NCBI GenBank assembly: GCA_964467655.1 | Contig: CAYXSN010000010.1 | Coordinates: 1 to 61,775 of the forward strand | DNA: 61,775 bases | Direction: 5' to 3' | Source of the DNA: an uncultured Candidatus Saccharimonadales bacterium | Lineage (GTDB): Bacteria > Patescibacteriota > Saccharimonadia > UBA4664 | Part shown: positions 18,030 through 25,609 of the stretch, piece after piece | Position numbering within the stretch: position 1 is the stretch's first letter | Layout: each line of letters opens with the position of its first letter | Position numbers and translations under genes: made by a program | The notes under the pieces: model-generated | The model's database searches: none | Told to the model about the DNA's origin: nothing | The model's input: only the letters and a program-made list of their open reading frames with translations

Positions 18030-19320
18030 AGTTTTTAGGTTTATTGAGGTTCGCTGGCTTCAGGATAGCCGGACTATTGAGATGAAATACGGGTTCGATA
18101 ACGAACTGATCTTTACTGATCAAGTGGTCTTTGAATTTGAGCCAACTCCCGGATATCACCAGGCCTTGCTTGAGCGGGTCATCAGGAGCTTGTGGCTGGT
18201 GAACGGTGTATCGTACTACAAGGCTGCGCTTACACCCGAAATCGATGCTCAGGCGGCCTGCTTGACTGAAGCTGAAGCCAGTTTCCTAAACTCGACCTAT
18301 AGGTTTGGACTGGGCCAACTTTGCTACGAGCACAAAATCCCGTTTGAGCGGTTGGCAACCTTTGCAGCCGATCCGCGTGCAAAGGTTGCCGGTGTTTCAG
18401 CTCCAGGGCTGGTAGGCAGTGTGGTGGGCTTGGGCGGCGGTAAAGACTCACTCGTGACCACAACCTTGCTTGAATCAATGAACGAGGAGTTTGCGACTTT
18501 TAGCGCTACATATATGCCCGAAGAAAATGACGCTTTGTTGAAGCTAGCTGGAGCAATTGGACACCAACATTTAACCATTCGCCGGCGGTTTGATACGCAA
18601 CTGGCCGATCTCAATCGGCAGGGGGCGTATAACGGTCATGTACCGGTGACGGCAATCATCACCCTGATCGGGCTAGCGGCGGCGGCGCTGACAGGCCGGC
18701 AACAGGTCGTCATGAGTAACGAAGCCTCGGCCGGTGAGGGTAATGCCCACTGGGACGGCGTTGAAGTCAATCATCAATATTCAAAAACCTTTGAGTACGA
18801 AAAATTATTGGCCGGGCATGTGGCCACCAGTATTTCACCTGATTTGAGAACATTTTCGTTGCTCAGGCCACTCGGTGAGCTTCAGATTGCTCGACTGTTT
18901 GCGCATGGGCCCATGCAACGCTATCGGGGACTGTACTCCTCATGTAATCGTAACTTTAAGGCCGATGCCCAAGGTTTCGGGTTTTGCGGTAACTGTTCTA
19001 AATGCGCGTTTGTCTATTTGATTTTGACGCCATTTGTGCCAAAACTAGAGCTTAAGAGTATTTTTGGCGCCGATTTGTTGGCTCAAGCCTCGTTGGCTGA
19101 AACCTTCAAGGAATTATTTGGCCTTGCGGGGCATAAGCCCTTCGAATGCGTTGGTGAAATCGAAGAATGTCGGGCGGCGGCTACCCTTGCCGCCCAGTCG
19201 GGAGATTATCCAGAACTGGCTTCATTTGGGGTGCCCGAGACCGATTATGACTTCTCGAGTTGGCAGCCGCATCTTCTGCCGAAGCATTATGCCGAGGTCG
19301 TGAAAGCGGCTATCGTATGA
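18016..19320 (+). CDS. PP-loop-like ATP-utilising protein with a C-terminal Cys cluster; candidate MurL-like UDP-MurNAc-L-Ala-L-Glu epimerase
   Basis: GLGGGKDS resembles the SGGxDS PP-loop. CNRNF...CGNCSKC cysteine cluster. The start ATG at 18016 (MKKYKVF) overlaps the murD stop by 14 nt. The product name is a hypothesis. Confidence 0.6.
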   Translation: MKKYKVFRFIEVRWLQDSRTIEMKYGFDNELIFTDQVVFEFEPTPGYHQALLERVIRSLWLVNGVSYYKAALTPEIDAQAACLTEAEASFLNSTYRFGLGQLCYEHKIPFERLATFAADPRAKVAGVSAPGLVGSVVGLGGGKDSLVTTTLLESMNEEFATFSATYMPEENDALLKLAGAIGHQHLTIRRRFDTQLADLNRQGAYNGHVPVTAIITLIGLAAAALTGRQQVVMSNEASAGEGNAHWDGVEVNHQYSKTFEYEKLLAGHVATSISPDLRTFSLLRPLGELQIARLFAHGPMQRYRGLYSSCNRNFKADAQGFGFCGNCSKCAFVYLILTPFVPKLELKSIFGADLLAQASLAETFKELFGLAGHKPFECVGEIEECRAAATLAAQSGDYPELASFGVPETDYDFSSWQPHLLPKHYAEVVKAAIV

Positions 19321-20600
19321 AACATAGTGTTGGCCAACATAGCTTGCCGTCGGGAGCCAAGGGTTTGATGATTAATGTACCGGGTAGCCAGGTAATCGAT
19401 CTTGAGGTCAGATTTAATTCAGGGTATGTCTTTGGCAGCCGCAGTCGTTACGAAACGCCTCATGTGCTCGAACATTTGCTGGCGACAACGAGCGCCAAAT
19501 ACCCGAAAGCTAATCAGTTTATGATTGAGGCCTCCAAGAACGGGGCTTACGTGAACGCATATACGACAGCTCGTGCCAACGGTTACACCTATGAAATGGC
19601 TGATTTCGAACTCGAGAGAATGCTCGATCTTATTGAAGAGCAGCTGGCCCGACCTTTATTCACCAGAGAGCATCTGACGGCTGAGCTCGGTAATGTGAGA
19701 GAAGAACTGTCTCGCAACACTACTCAGCCGGCTGCTGTGTGCGCTCTGACTCTGGCGGCAGCTACTCAGCCAGACCAATACTTGTATTACGACCAGCGTC
19801 TTGATCAGTTGGCGGATATTAGCTTGGTTGATATCCAAAAGCATTTTAGTACCACCCATGCAGCAGCCAACGCCAGGTTCTTTGTGGCTGGGGCGCTGTC
19901 AGGACGGACTACAAGTATTCTCGGTCGCCTCGAAGCAATGTTCCAACAAATCAGCGAAGGGGAGCGGTTGGAGTACCAGGCGCATCCGGTTGACCAGGGA
20001 CTGGCGGCAGTGGTGACCGCTCGCGATATCAACCAAATTTACTACCGGTTAGAGCGCCAGGTACCAGAGCAGTCTTGGGATAGCCGTCGGGCTTTGGCGG
20101 TGCTCAGGACGATTCTGGTTGGTACCATGGGGTCACGTATTTTGGGGGCGGCCCGGACCAGGGGGCTGGCTTATACCGTCGGGGCTGCTAGCCAGACAGA
20201 ACCCGGCTTGAGCGTTTTGGGCTTCCAAGGCTTTGTGACGATGGACAATTCGGTGGCGCTTTTTCAATTGATTGCCGATCAGATGCAAAAGGTGGCTCGT
20301 AATGGTGTCACCGCTGAAGAAGTGACCACAGCAACTCAGTACATGATTGGTAACATTTTACGCAGCACTCAAACCGCCGCCGACGTTATGAATTGGTATG
20401 TGGATAACTATGACGGCTGGGAATCAATCAGAGATATGGAGTCGGAAATTGCAGCTTTTCGGGCCGTCACACCGGAAGCTGTACAGGCGGCAGCGGTCAT
20501 GATTGACCAAGAGGGCCACTTTGCCTGGAGTCTCGTTGGACCGGTTGGTAGCGGGCATGTGCAAGCTCTGCAGCAGGCCTTGGGGCACTGGGCAATGTAG
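19317..20600 (+). CDS. M16 family (pitrilysin-like) zinc peptidase
   Basis: Inverted zinc motif HVLEH. ATGA overlap with the preceding gene, with the start at 19317 (MKHSVGQ). Confidence 0.85.
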   Translation: MKHSVGQHSLPSGAKGLMINVPGSQVIDLEVRFNSGYVFGSRSRYETPHVLEHLLATTSAKYPKANQFMIEASKNGAYVNAYTTARANGYTYEMADFELERMLDLIEEQLARPLFTREHLTAELGNVREELSRNTTQPAAVCALTLAAATQPDQYLYYDQRLDQLADISLVDIQKHFSTTHAAANARFFVAGALSGRTTSILGRLEAMFQQISEGERLEYQAHPVDQGLAAVVTARDINQIYYRLERQVPEQSWDSRRALAVLRTILVGTMGSRILGAARTRGLAYTVGAASQTEPGLSVLGFQGFVTMDNSVALFQLIADQMQKVARNGVTAEEVTTATQYMIGNILRSTQTAADVMNWYVDNYDGWESIRDMESEIAAFRAVTPEAVQAAAVMIDQEGHFAWSLVGPVGSGHVQALQQALGHWAM

Positions 20601-20619
20601 TTATACGTGTCGAAAAATA

Positions 20620-20648
20620 TTGACACAATTGTCAATCTGTGATAAGTT
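20620..20648 (+). promoter_or_regulatory. promoter TTGACA-17-TGaTAAGTT, with -35 embedded in the palindrome TTGACA-CAAT-TGTCAA
   Basis: TTGACA 20620-20625, TAAGTT 20643-20648 with an upstream TG. The palindrome spans 20620-20635. Confidence 0.4.
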
Positions 20649-20654
20649 GTATCT

Positions 20655-20820
20655 TGTAACTCGATAATCGGATTGGTATTGGTAGTGTGCCGGTGGATGA
20701 TATGTGCCGCCCATGTATCGCCGCCGGCACGGTACTCGTACCAGTCCGATTTTGTGTAATTGACGCTTGCTATAGTCGCCAAAACTCCTGGTAAGGAATC
20801 CTTACCAGGAGTTTTGTTTT
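20655..20820 (+). ncRNA. candidate small RNA: about 38-bp imperfect long hairpin plus intrinsic terminator
   Basis: The 5' arm 20666-20696 pairs with the 3' arm 20721-20751 over 31 positions, with 2 mismatches and 5 G-U pairs. The G-U pairs exist only in the + strand RNA. No match to SRP, 6S, tmRNA or RNase P motifs that I can recognise. Confidence 0.4.
20781..20820 (+). terminator. Rho-independent terminator
   Basis: Perfect stem AAAACTCCTGGTAAGG / CCTTACCAGGAGTTTT with loop AAT, followed by GTTTT. Confidence 0.8.
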
Positions 20821-20851
20821 GTACGGCCCGTGTTTGTGGATAAGATAACGC

Positions 20852-20904
20852 TAGACAGTGGGTAAGTGACCGTCTTATACTGAATCCAGTGGGTTGCAGT
20901 GGGT
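20852..20904 (+). promoter_or_regulatory. mraZ promoter (TAGACA-18-TATACT) with three AGTGGGT direct repeats (candidate MraZ boxes)
   Basis: AGTGGGT at 20857-20863, 20888-20894 and 20898-20904, giving start-to-start spacings of 31 and 10 bp. The -10 box is at 20876-20881. Confidence 0.5.
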
Positions 20905-20931
20905 AGCAAACCTGACGGTAAATATCACAAT

Positions 20932-21291
20932 ATGGATTTCTTTGAACGCAAACTCGACGACAAAAACCGCCTGACCATTCCGGCTGAATTGCGTCACGAG
21001 TTTGAATCCGGAAAGGTGATTATTACCAGAGGCTTTGCTCACTACTTGCATCTGTACACTGAAAAAACTTGGAATGAGGTAATGGAGCCAGCACTGAAGG
21101 GTAATATCCTAGATGAGCGTACGGCTGATCTCAACGTCCAGTTCCGGATGGGCAAAGCTATTAGTCAACTCGACGCCAAGCAAGGGCGCATCGTTTTGGA
21201 ACAGCACTTGCTTGATTATGCCGGTATTGACCACGATGTCGTGGCCGTACGGGCTGGCAGTTATTGGCGCCTCATGGCCAAACCCCACTAA
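20932..21291 (+). CDS. mraZ: transcriptional regulator MraZ
   Basis: Two SpoVT/AbrB-like repeats (LDDKNRLTIPAELR and LDAKQGRIVLEQHL). ATG 20932 gives the canonical N-terminus (MDFFERKLDDKNR). The ORF is open from GTG 20899. Confidence 0.85.
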   Translation: MDFFERKLDDKNRLTIPAELRHEFESGKVIITRGFAHYLHLYTEKTWNEVMEPALKGNILDERTADLNVQFRMGKAISQLDAKQGRIVLEQHLLDYAGIDHDVVAVRAGSYWRLMAKPH

Positions 21292-21355
21292 TTCTTTGGT
21301 TTATTTTTTTAAAAAAATAAAGAACCTTCAAAACCAAAAACAAACATTTCAAGAG

Positions 21356-21691
21356 CAACTACTTGGCAGTCAGCAACCCGGACCCAGAGGCGGCCGATCC
21401 CAAAACAGCCTGGTACCTTTTCGTCTCGTAAAACTCCACCTCACAACACACTCTTTTGAAAGGAATTATTTTACCTACAAAATGCTTATGGTATTGAGTA
21501 GGCGAGTAATTCCTTATCTCACATGCATGTGCCGCGCTAGCACAAGCGAGGCACAATTGCGAACTCCAAATTACTCACAAGCCACATACGGCTTGTGACG
21601 AAAAACAAAAACTTTTCAAACCAAAAGTTGACTGCTAAGTAGTTGAACTCGAAAACCAAAATCAAACCCGCAGATACTCGTGCGGGTTTTT
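21356..21691 (+). ncRNA. candidate structured RNA (or MITE-like element) between mraZ and the next gene
   Basis: Closing helix 21356-21374 / 21627-21645 (19 bp including G-U pairs). Internal hairpins at 21460-21515, 21529-21554 and 21576-21597. Ends in terminator 21664-21691. No conserved motif of a known RNA family recognised. Confidence 0.35.
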
Positions 21692-21693
21692 GG
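21664..21693 (+). terminator. Rho-independent terminator
   Basis: AAACCCGCA-GATACTCG-TGCGGGTTT followed by TT. Confidence 0.75.
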
Positions 21694-21720
21694 CGATGGA
21701 AACATATATAATGAGAGCCG

Positions 21721-22374
21721 ATGCCAACACTTACCACTGTGCCATACCAAGCCAATCCTGGAAACGCCTGTGCGCTGGCGTGTTACACCATGGTGGCCAA
21801 GTACTTGTTGCCCAACGAAGATATAACTTATGAGAAGCTCGGAAAGATCGCAAATTGGCACCCTGGTTATGTGGTATGGGGCTTTAGGGTTTGGCAATGG
21901 CTGATGGATAGAGAGGTGTACATCAGCGATACCGATCAGATCGATTATGCAGCTTGGGCTCGTAACGGTGTCGAGGGCCTACGTCGGTCGGTGTCTGTAG
22001 ATGAGTTTGCCTACTATCAAAACAACACTTTTGATCTAGCTGATGAAGGCCGGCAGATTTCGTTGGTATTTGATCATCCACATTTTTATTACACCAAGAA
22101 GAATATAACCTGGACTGACGTTGTGGCCGAATTTGCAAAGCCAGGAATTTGTGACATTACGCTTAATTCGCACTATCTTAACCGTACTCGGGGTCTTGCG
22201 GTTCATCGGGTGGTAATTATAGATATAAATCCTCAGGAAGTGGTGTTTCATGATCCCAATCGTGGGGGCACCGGTGCTTATCGGCGAGAATCCACTGATC
22301 ATTTCCGGCGTAGCGTTGAGTCATTAGGCGGGGCTGAAGTGGCGCGGTATAGTTTGGGTGACGGTGTATGGTAA
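21721..22374 (+). CDS. papain-fold cysteine peptidase, C39-like
   Basis: The N-terminal YQANPGNACALACYTMV has Gln and Cys spaced as in peptidase C39-like domains. Downstream AVHRVVIID...FHDPN supplies His and Asp/Asn candidates. TATAAT 21707-21712 lies 8 nt upstream of the ATG. The stop overlaps the rsmH start. Confidence 0.6.
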   Translation: MPTLTTVPYQANPGNACALACYTMVAKYLLPNEDITYEKLGKIANWHPGYVVWGFRVWQWLMDREVYISDTDQIDYAAWARNGVEGLRRSVSVDEFAYYQNNTFDLADEGRQISLVFDHPHFYYTKKNITWTDVVAEFAKPGICDITLNSHYLNRTRGLAVHRVVIIDINPQEVVFHDPNRGGTGAYRRESTDHFRRSVESLGGAEVARYSLGDGVW

Positions 22375-23294
22375 ACGAACACAAACCAGTTTTATTAGAT
22401 CAAGTTTTAGCTGTCTTTGGGCCACAGTCAGGTCAAACATATCTGGATGCCACAGCCGGATTGGGAGGACACGCGGGGGCGGTATTGGGTTTGACTCATT
22501 CTGAGGATAAATCGTTACTGGTGGATCACGATGAGACTGCCATTAAGGTGCTGAAAGACAAATTCCCCAAGGCGAGTGTTGTACATGACGATTTCTTGAG
22601 TGCAGCCGAATCTCTCGTCGAAGAGGGGAGGGATTTTGATCTGATATTGATGGATCTTGGTGTGTCGTCGCCTCAGCTTGACCGAGCCGAGAGGGGATTT
22701 AGCTTCAGGTTTGATGGTCCGCTCGATATGAGAATGGACACAACTCAGGATTTGACAGCCGAGACTGTAGTTAATACTTATCCACAGGTCGAATTGGAAC
22801 GGGTACTTCGTGAGTACGGCGAGGAGCCACGGGCTCGGGCGGTCGCAGCAGCGATCGTGACGGCACGGCCGCTTCAGACGACCAAGGAATTGGCAGACGT
22901 AGTCCGCCCAGTGGCTTGGCGGCCCAAAGATATTGATGCGGCGACCAAAACTTTTCAGGCTATCAGGCTGGAGGTGAACCACGAGCTGGAACTACTTGCG
23001 CAATGCGTGCCGCTTATGGTAAAGTTGTTAGTACCAGGCGGGAAACTGGCAATCATCAGTTTTCATTCCCTGGAAGACCGGATTGTTAAACAGTACTTTG
23101 ACCGAGAGTCAAAAAATTGCATCTGCCCACCGAAACAGCCAATCTGTACTTGTGGCCACACAGCGACTTTGGAAAAAATCACCAAGAAACCGCTGGTAGC
23201 AGATGCCGACGAGATAGCTTTTAATCCACGAGCCCGTAGTGCAAAACTGCGAGCCGTCGAAAAAATAAACAAAAACAAAAGGAGGGACAGCTAA
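22368..23294 (+). CDS. rsmH: 16S rRNA (cytosine1402-N4)-methyltransferase RsmH
   Basis: HKPVLL, DATAGLGGH, DLGVSSPQLD and SFHSLEDR motifs. Confidence 0.95.
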   Translation: MVNEHKPVLLDQVLAVFGPQSGQTYLDATAGLGGHAGAVLGLTHSEDKSLLVDHDETAIKVLKDKFPKASVVHDDFLSAAESLVEEGRDFDLILMDLGVSSPQLDRAERGFSFRFDGPLDMRMDTTQDLTAETVVNTYPQVELERVLREYGEEPRARAVAAAIVTARPLQTTKELADVVRPVAWRPKDIDAATKTFQAIRLEVNHELELLAQCVPLMVKLLVPGGKLAIISFHSLEDRIVKQYFDRESKNCICPPKQPICTCGHTATLEKITKKPLVADADEIAFNPRARSAKLRAVEKINKNKRRDS

Positions 23295-23509
23295 TGTCTG
23301 TCACCATTCGCCAGCTTGGCAAGAAACAAGCTCAAAAAGTGCCAGTACGCGTTCGGGTTTCATAACCTGTAGCGTGTTCTTTTGGTGTGTAGCCGCTCCG
23401 GGTAGGTTTGGTTCAAATTAAGCCAACTGCCCGGTGGCGGCTGCCGCCGGCTCATAAAACGAGATTTTCAAAAAACAAACAAATAAATATCAAAAAAAGG
23501 AGACGCGCT

Positions 23510-23830
23510 TTGTCATCAGCGGTTGTTACAGCGCGGCGAAACCAGAACTTGTACCGTCAGCCCGCAACGGTGGTACTCGGACCGACCTCGGCAACTTTTG
23601 TGGTCGTGGCAGTGGTAGGCGTTTTGGCTTTGCTCTATTTACATCAAATCACTAAAACGGGAGCCCTGGGCTATAAGGTCAATAATCTAGCCAAGACACG
23701 GGACGCCGTGGCTGCTCAAAAACAAGACTTGAGTGTTGAAGCTGCTAGATTGCAGTCGATTGCTGCTACCAAGTCATCACCGGTGGCCTCTGGCATGATA
23801 CCTCAAGCTCAGGTATCGTATGCCAAGTGA
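23510..23830 (+). CDS. FtsL-like cell division protein (single TM plus coiled coil)
   Basis: Position between rsmH and ftsI. TM segment FVVVAVVGVLALLYL followed by a coiled-coil segment. I prefer TTG 23510, 7 nt after AAAGGAGA. The ORF is open from 23408. Confidence 0.55.
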   Translation: MSSAVVTARRNQNLYRQPATVVLGPTSATFVVVAVVGVLALLYLHQITKTGALGYKVNNLAKTRDAVAAQKQDLSVEAARLQSIAATKSSPVASGMIPQAQVSYAK

Positions 23831-25578
23831 CGCCTATTCGTGAAGGAATAATTTGGAGAAGCCGTTTGCGACTCCTACAGCTGACAGCTGTAGTGCTGGC
23901 GGGCGTGCTTATCGGCCGGTTGGGTTATCTGCAAATTGTCCAGCATGACAAATATCAGGCCCAAGCGGCGGATGAGCATACCCGTAAGTATCAAATTCCG
24001 GCAACGAGGGGGGAGCTTTATGCATATGATGGGAGCTCGGTTGTTCCCATCGTCTTAAACCAAACCAGGCATGTGTTATATGTGGATCCGCGGTACATCG
24101 AGGATCGAGATGCCGTGGCTACTCAATTGGCTGCTATTACGGGAGCAAAAGCAGTTGATTACCGTTCGCGGATTGACCAAGGCATAGAATATGCTGTCTT
24201 GGAGCGACGCATTAGTAATGATATGGCTACCAAAATCAAAGAATTGGGCATCAAAGGAGTGGGACTGACGCCAACAGCTTACCGGACGTATCCAGAAGGA
24301 AGTTTAGCGGCTCAGGTACTGGGTTTTGTGAACGCCGACAGTATTGGCCAATATGGAGTTGAGGGCTTCTTGAATGAGCAATTGGCCGGGCAACCAGGCC
24401 AACTCGCTGCCAAAACTGATACTCGAGGTATTCCGATTGCTACTGCCGACAATGTCATTAAGCCGGCCGAGGATGGCAAAAATTATGTGCTGACGATTGA
24501 TCGCAATATCCAAGCGATGGCGGAACAACGGTTGGCTGAACAAATTTCGGCGGTTAAAGCCAAATCGGGCAGCATTGTTATCATGGATACCGACGGCGCC
24601 GTTCGGGCCATGGCGAATTATCCTACCTTTGACCCGAATGCGTACTCGCAAGTGGCTGATTATAGTGTATTTATGAATCAGGTAGTCAGTAGTCAGTTTG
24701 AGCCCGGTTCGGGCATGAAAGCTTTTGCTATGGCCATCGGACTCGATCAAAAAAAAGTGACACCCGAAACTACCTATGATGATACAGGTTCGGTCAAAGT
24801 TGCCGACAAGGTCATTAGCAATGCTGAAGGCGATAAGGCCGGTAGCGGTAAATCGATGACTGTAGTACTGCGGGACTCATTGAACACCGGGATGGTGTTT
24901 GTGCTGAAAATGATAGGAGGTAATGCCGATGCGGTTACTTCAACTGGTAAAAAGCTGGTCTATGAATATTACACCAAGCATTTTGGTTTTAATGAAAGGA
25001 CCGGCATCGAGCAGGCTGCCGAAGCTGCGGGTTCAGTTCCACCGGCTAACCGCGATGATGTAACGTACGCCAATATGGTATTTGGCCAGGGTATGAGCGT
25101 TACCATGATCCAGATGGCAGCGGCCATGGCGGCGGTTGCGAACGGTGGTACGTTATATCAACCGCGCTTGGTGGCCGGGGAGATGAAACCTGACGGCTCG
25201 ATGGTGCCAACGTCAGCCAAGGCCGTTAGAACAGGCGTAATTAGTCAAAAAACCGCGCAGGATCTTGGAACAATGCTCCAGGTAGTGGTTCAGCATGGCA
25301 GTGGCTATCGAGCTGGTCAAATGAATCCAGGCTACAAAATAGCTGGAAAAACCGGTACTGCCCAGATTCCGCGCCCAGACGGCAAGGGCTATATCGATGG
25401 TGCAAATATCGGCTCATTTGTGGGCTACGCGCCGGCGGATAACCCGCGATTTGTGGTGATGGTGCGGATCAACGAACCTGGGGTTCAGGGTTTTGCCGAG
25501 ACTACAACGGTGCCAGTGTTTGGTGATGTTTGCAAATGGTTATTTAAGTATTATGCAATTGCACCAACCAGCTCATGA
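23827..25578 (+). CDS. ftsI: class B penicillin-binding protein (FtsI/PBP3-like septal transpeptidase)
   Basis: SGMK (SxxK) and KTGTAQ motifs with a PBP dimerisation domain. dcw cluster position. Confidence 0.9.
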   Translation: MTPIREGIIWRSRLRLLQLTAVVLAGVLIGRLGYLQIVQHDKYQAQAADEHTRKYQIPATRGELYAYDGSSVVPIVLNQTRHVLYVDPRYIEDRDAVATQLAAITGAKAVDYRSRIDQGIEYAVLERRISNDMATKIKELGIKGVGLTPTAYRTYPEGSLAAQVLGFVNADSIGQYGVEGFLNEQLAGQPGQLAAKTDTRGIPIATADNVIKPAEDGKNYVLTIDRNIQAMAEQRLAEQISAVKAKSGSIVIMDTDGAVRAMANYPTFDPNAYSQVADYSVFMNQVVSSQFEPGSGMKAFAMAIGLDQKKVTPETTYDDTGSVKVADKVISNAEGDKAGSGKSMTVVLRDSLNTGMVFVLKMIGGNADAVTSTGKKLVYEYYTKHFGFNERTGIEQAAEAAGSVPPANRDDVTYANMVFGQGMSVTMIQMAAAMAAVANGGTLYQPRLVAGEMKPDGSMVPTSAKAVRTGVISQKTAQDLGTMLQVVVQHGSGYRAGQMNPGYKIAGKTGTAQIPRPDGKGYIDGANIGSFVGYAPADNPRFVVMVRINEPGVQGFAETTTVPVFGDVCKWLFKYYAIAPTSS

Positions 25579-25609
25579 TAATTTTTGCTAAAATACAGAA
25601 GGTATTCTC

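Noticed and set aside
20408-20782. 124-aa minus-strand ORF spanning the M16 gene end and the small-RNA candidate
   Set aside because: It overlaps the M16 coding region, has no ribosome-binding site, and the translation has no recognisable features. The strand-specific G-U pairing favours a + strand RNA.
21113-21598. ORFs crossing the mraZ-downstream spacer: + strand 161 aa (21113-21598) and minus strand 65 aa and 72 aa (21359-21556, 21537-21755). The + strand ORF includes a 40-codon Cys-containing tail ORF starting at 21482.
   Set aside because: The + strand ORF is out of frame within mraZ. None has a Shine-Dalgarno sequence or a correctly spaced -10 box, and all run through strong hairpins. 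I considered a peptide substrate for the adjacent C39-like peptidase, but there is no double-glycine leader.
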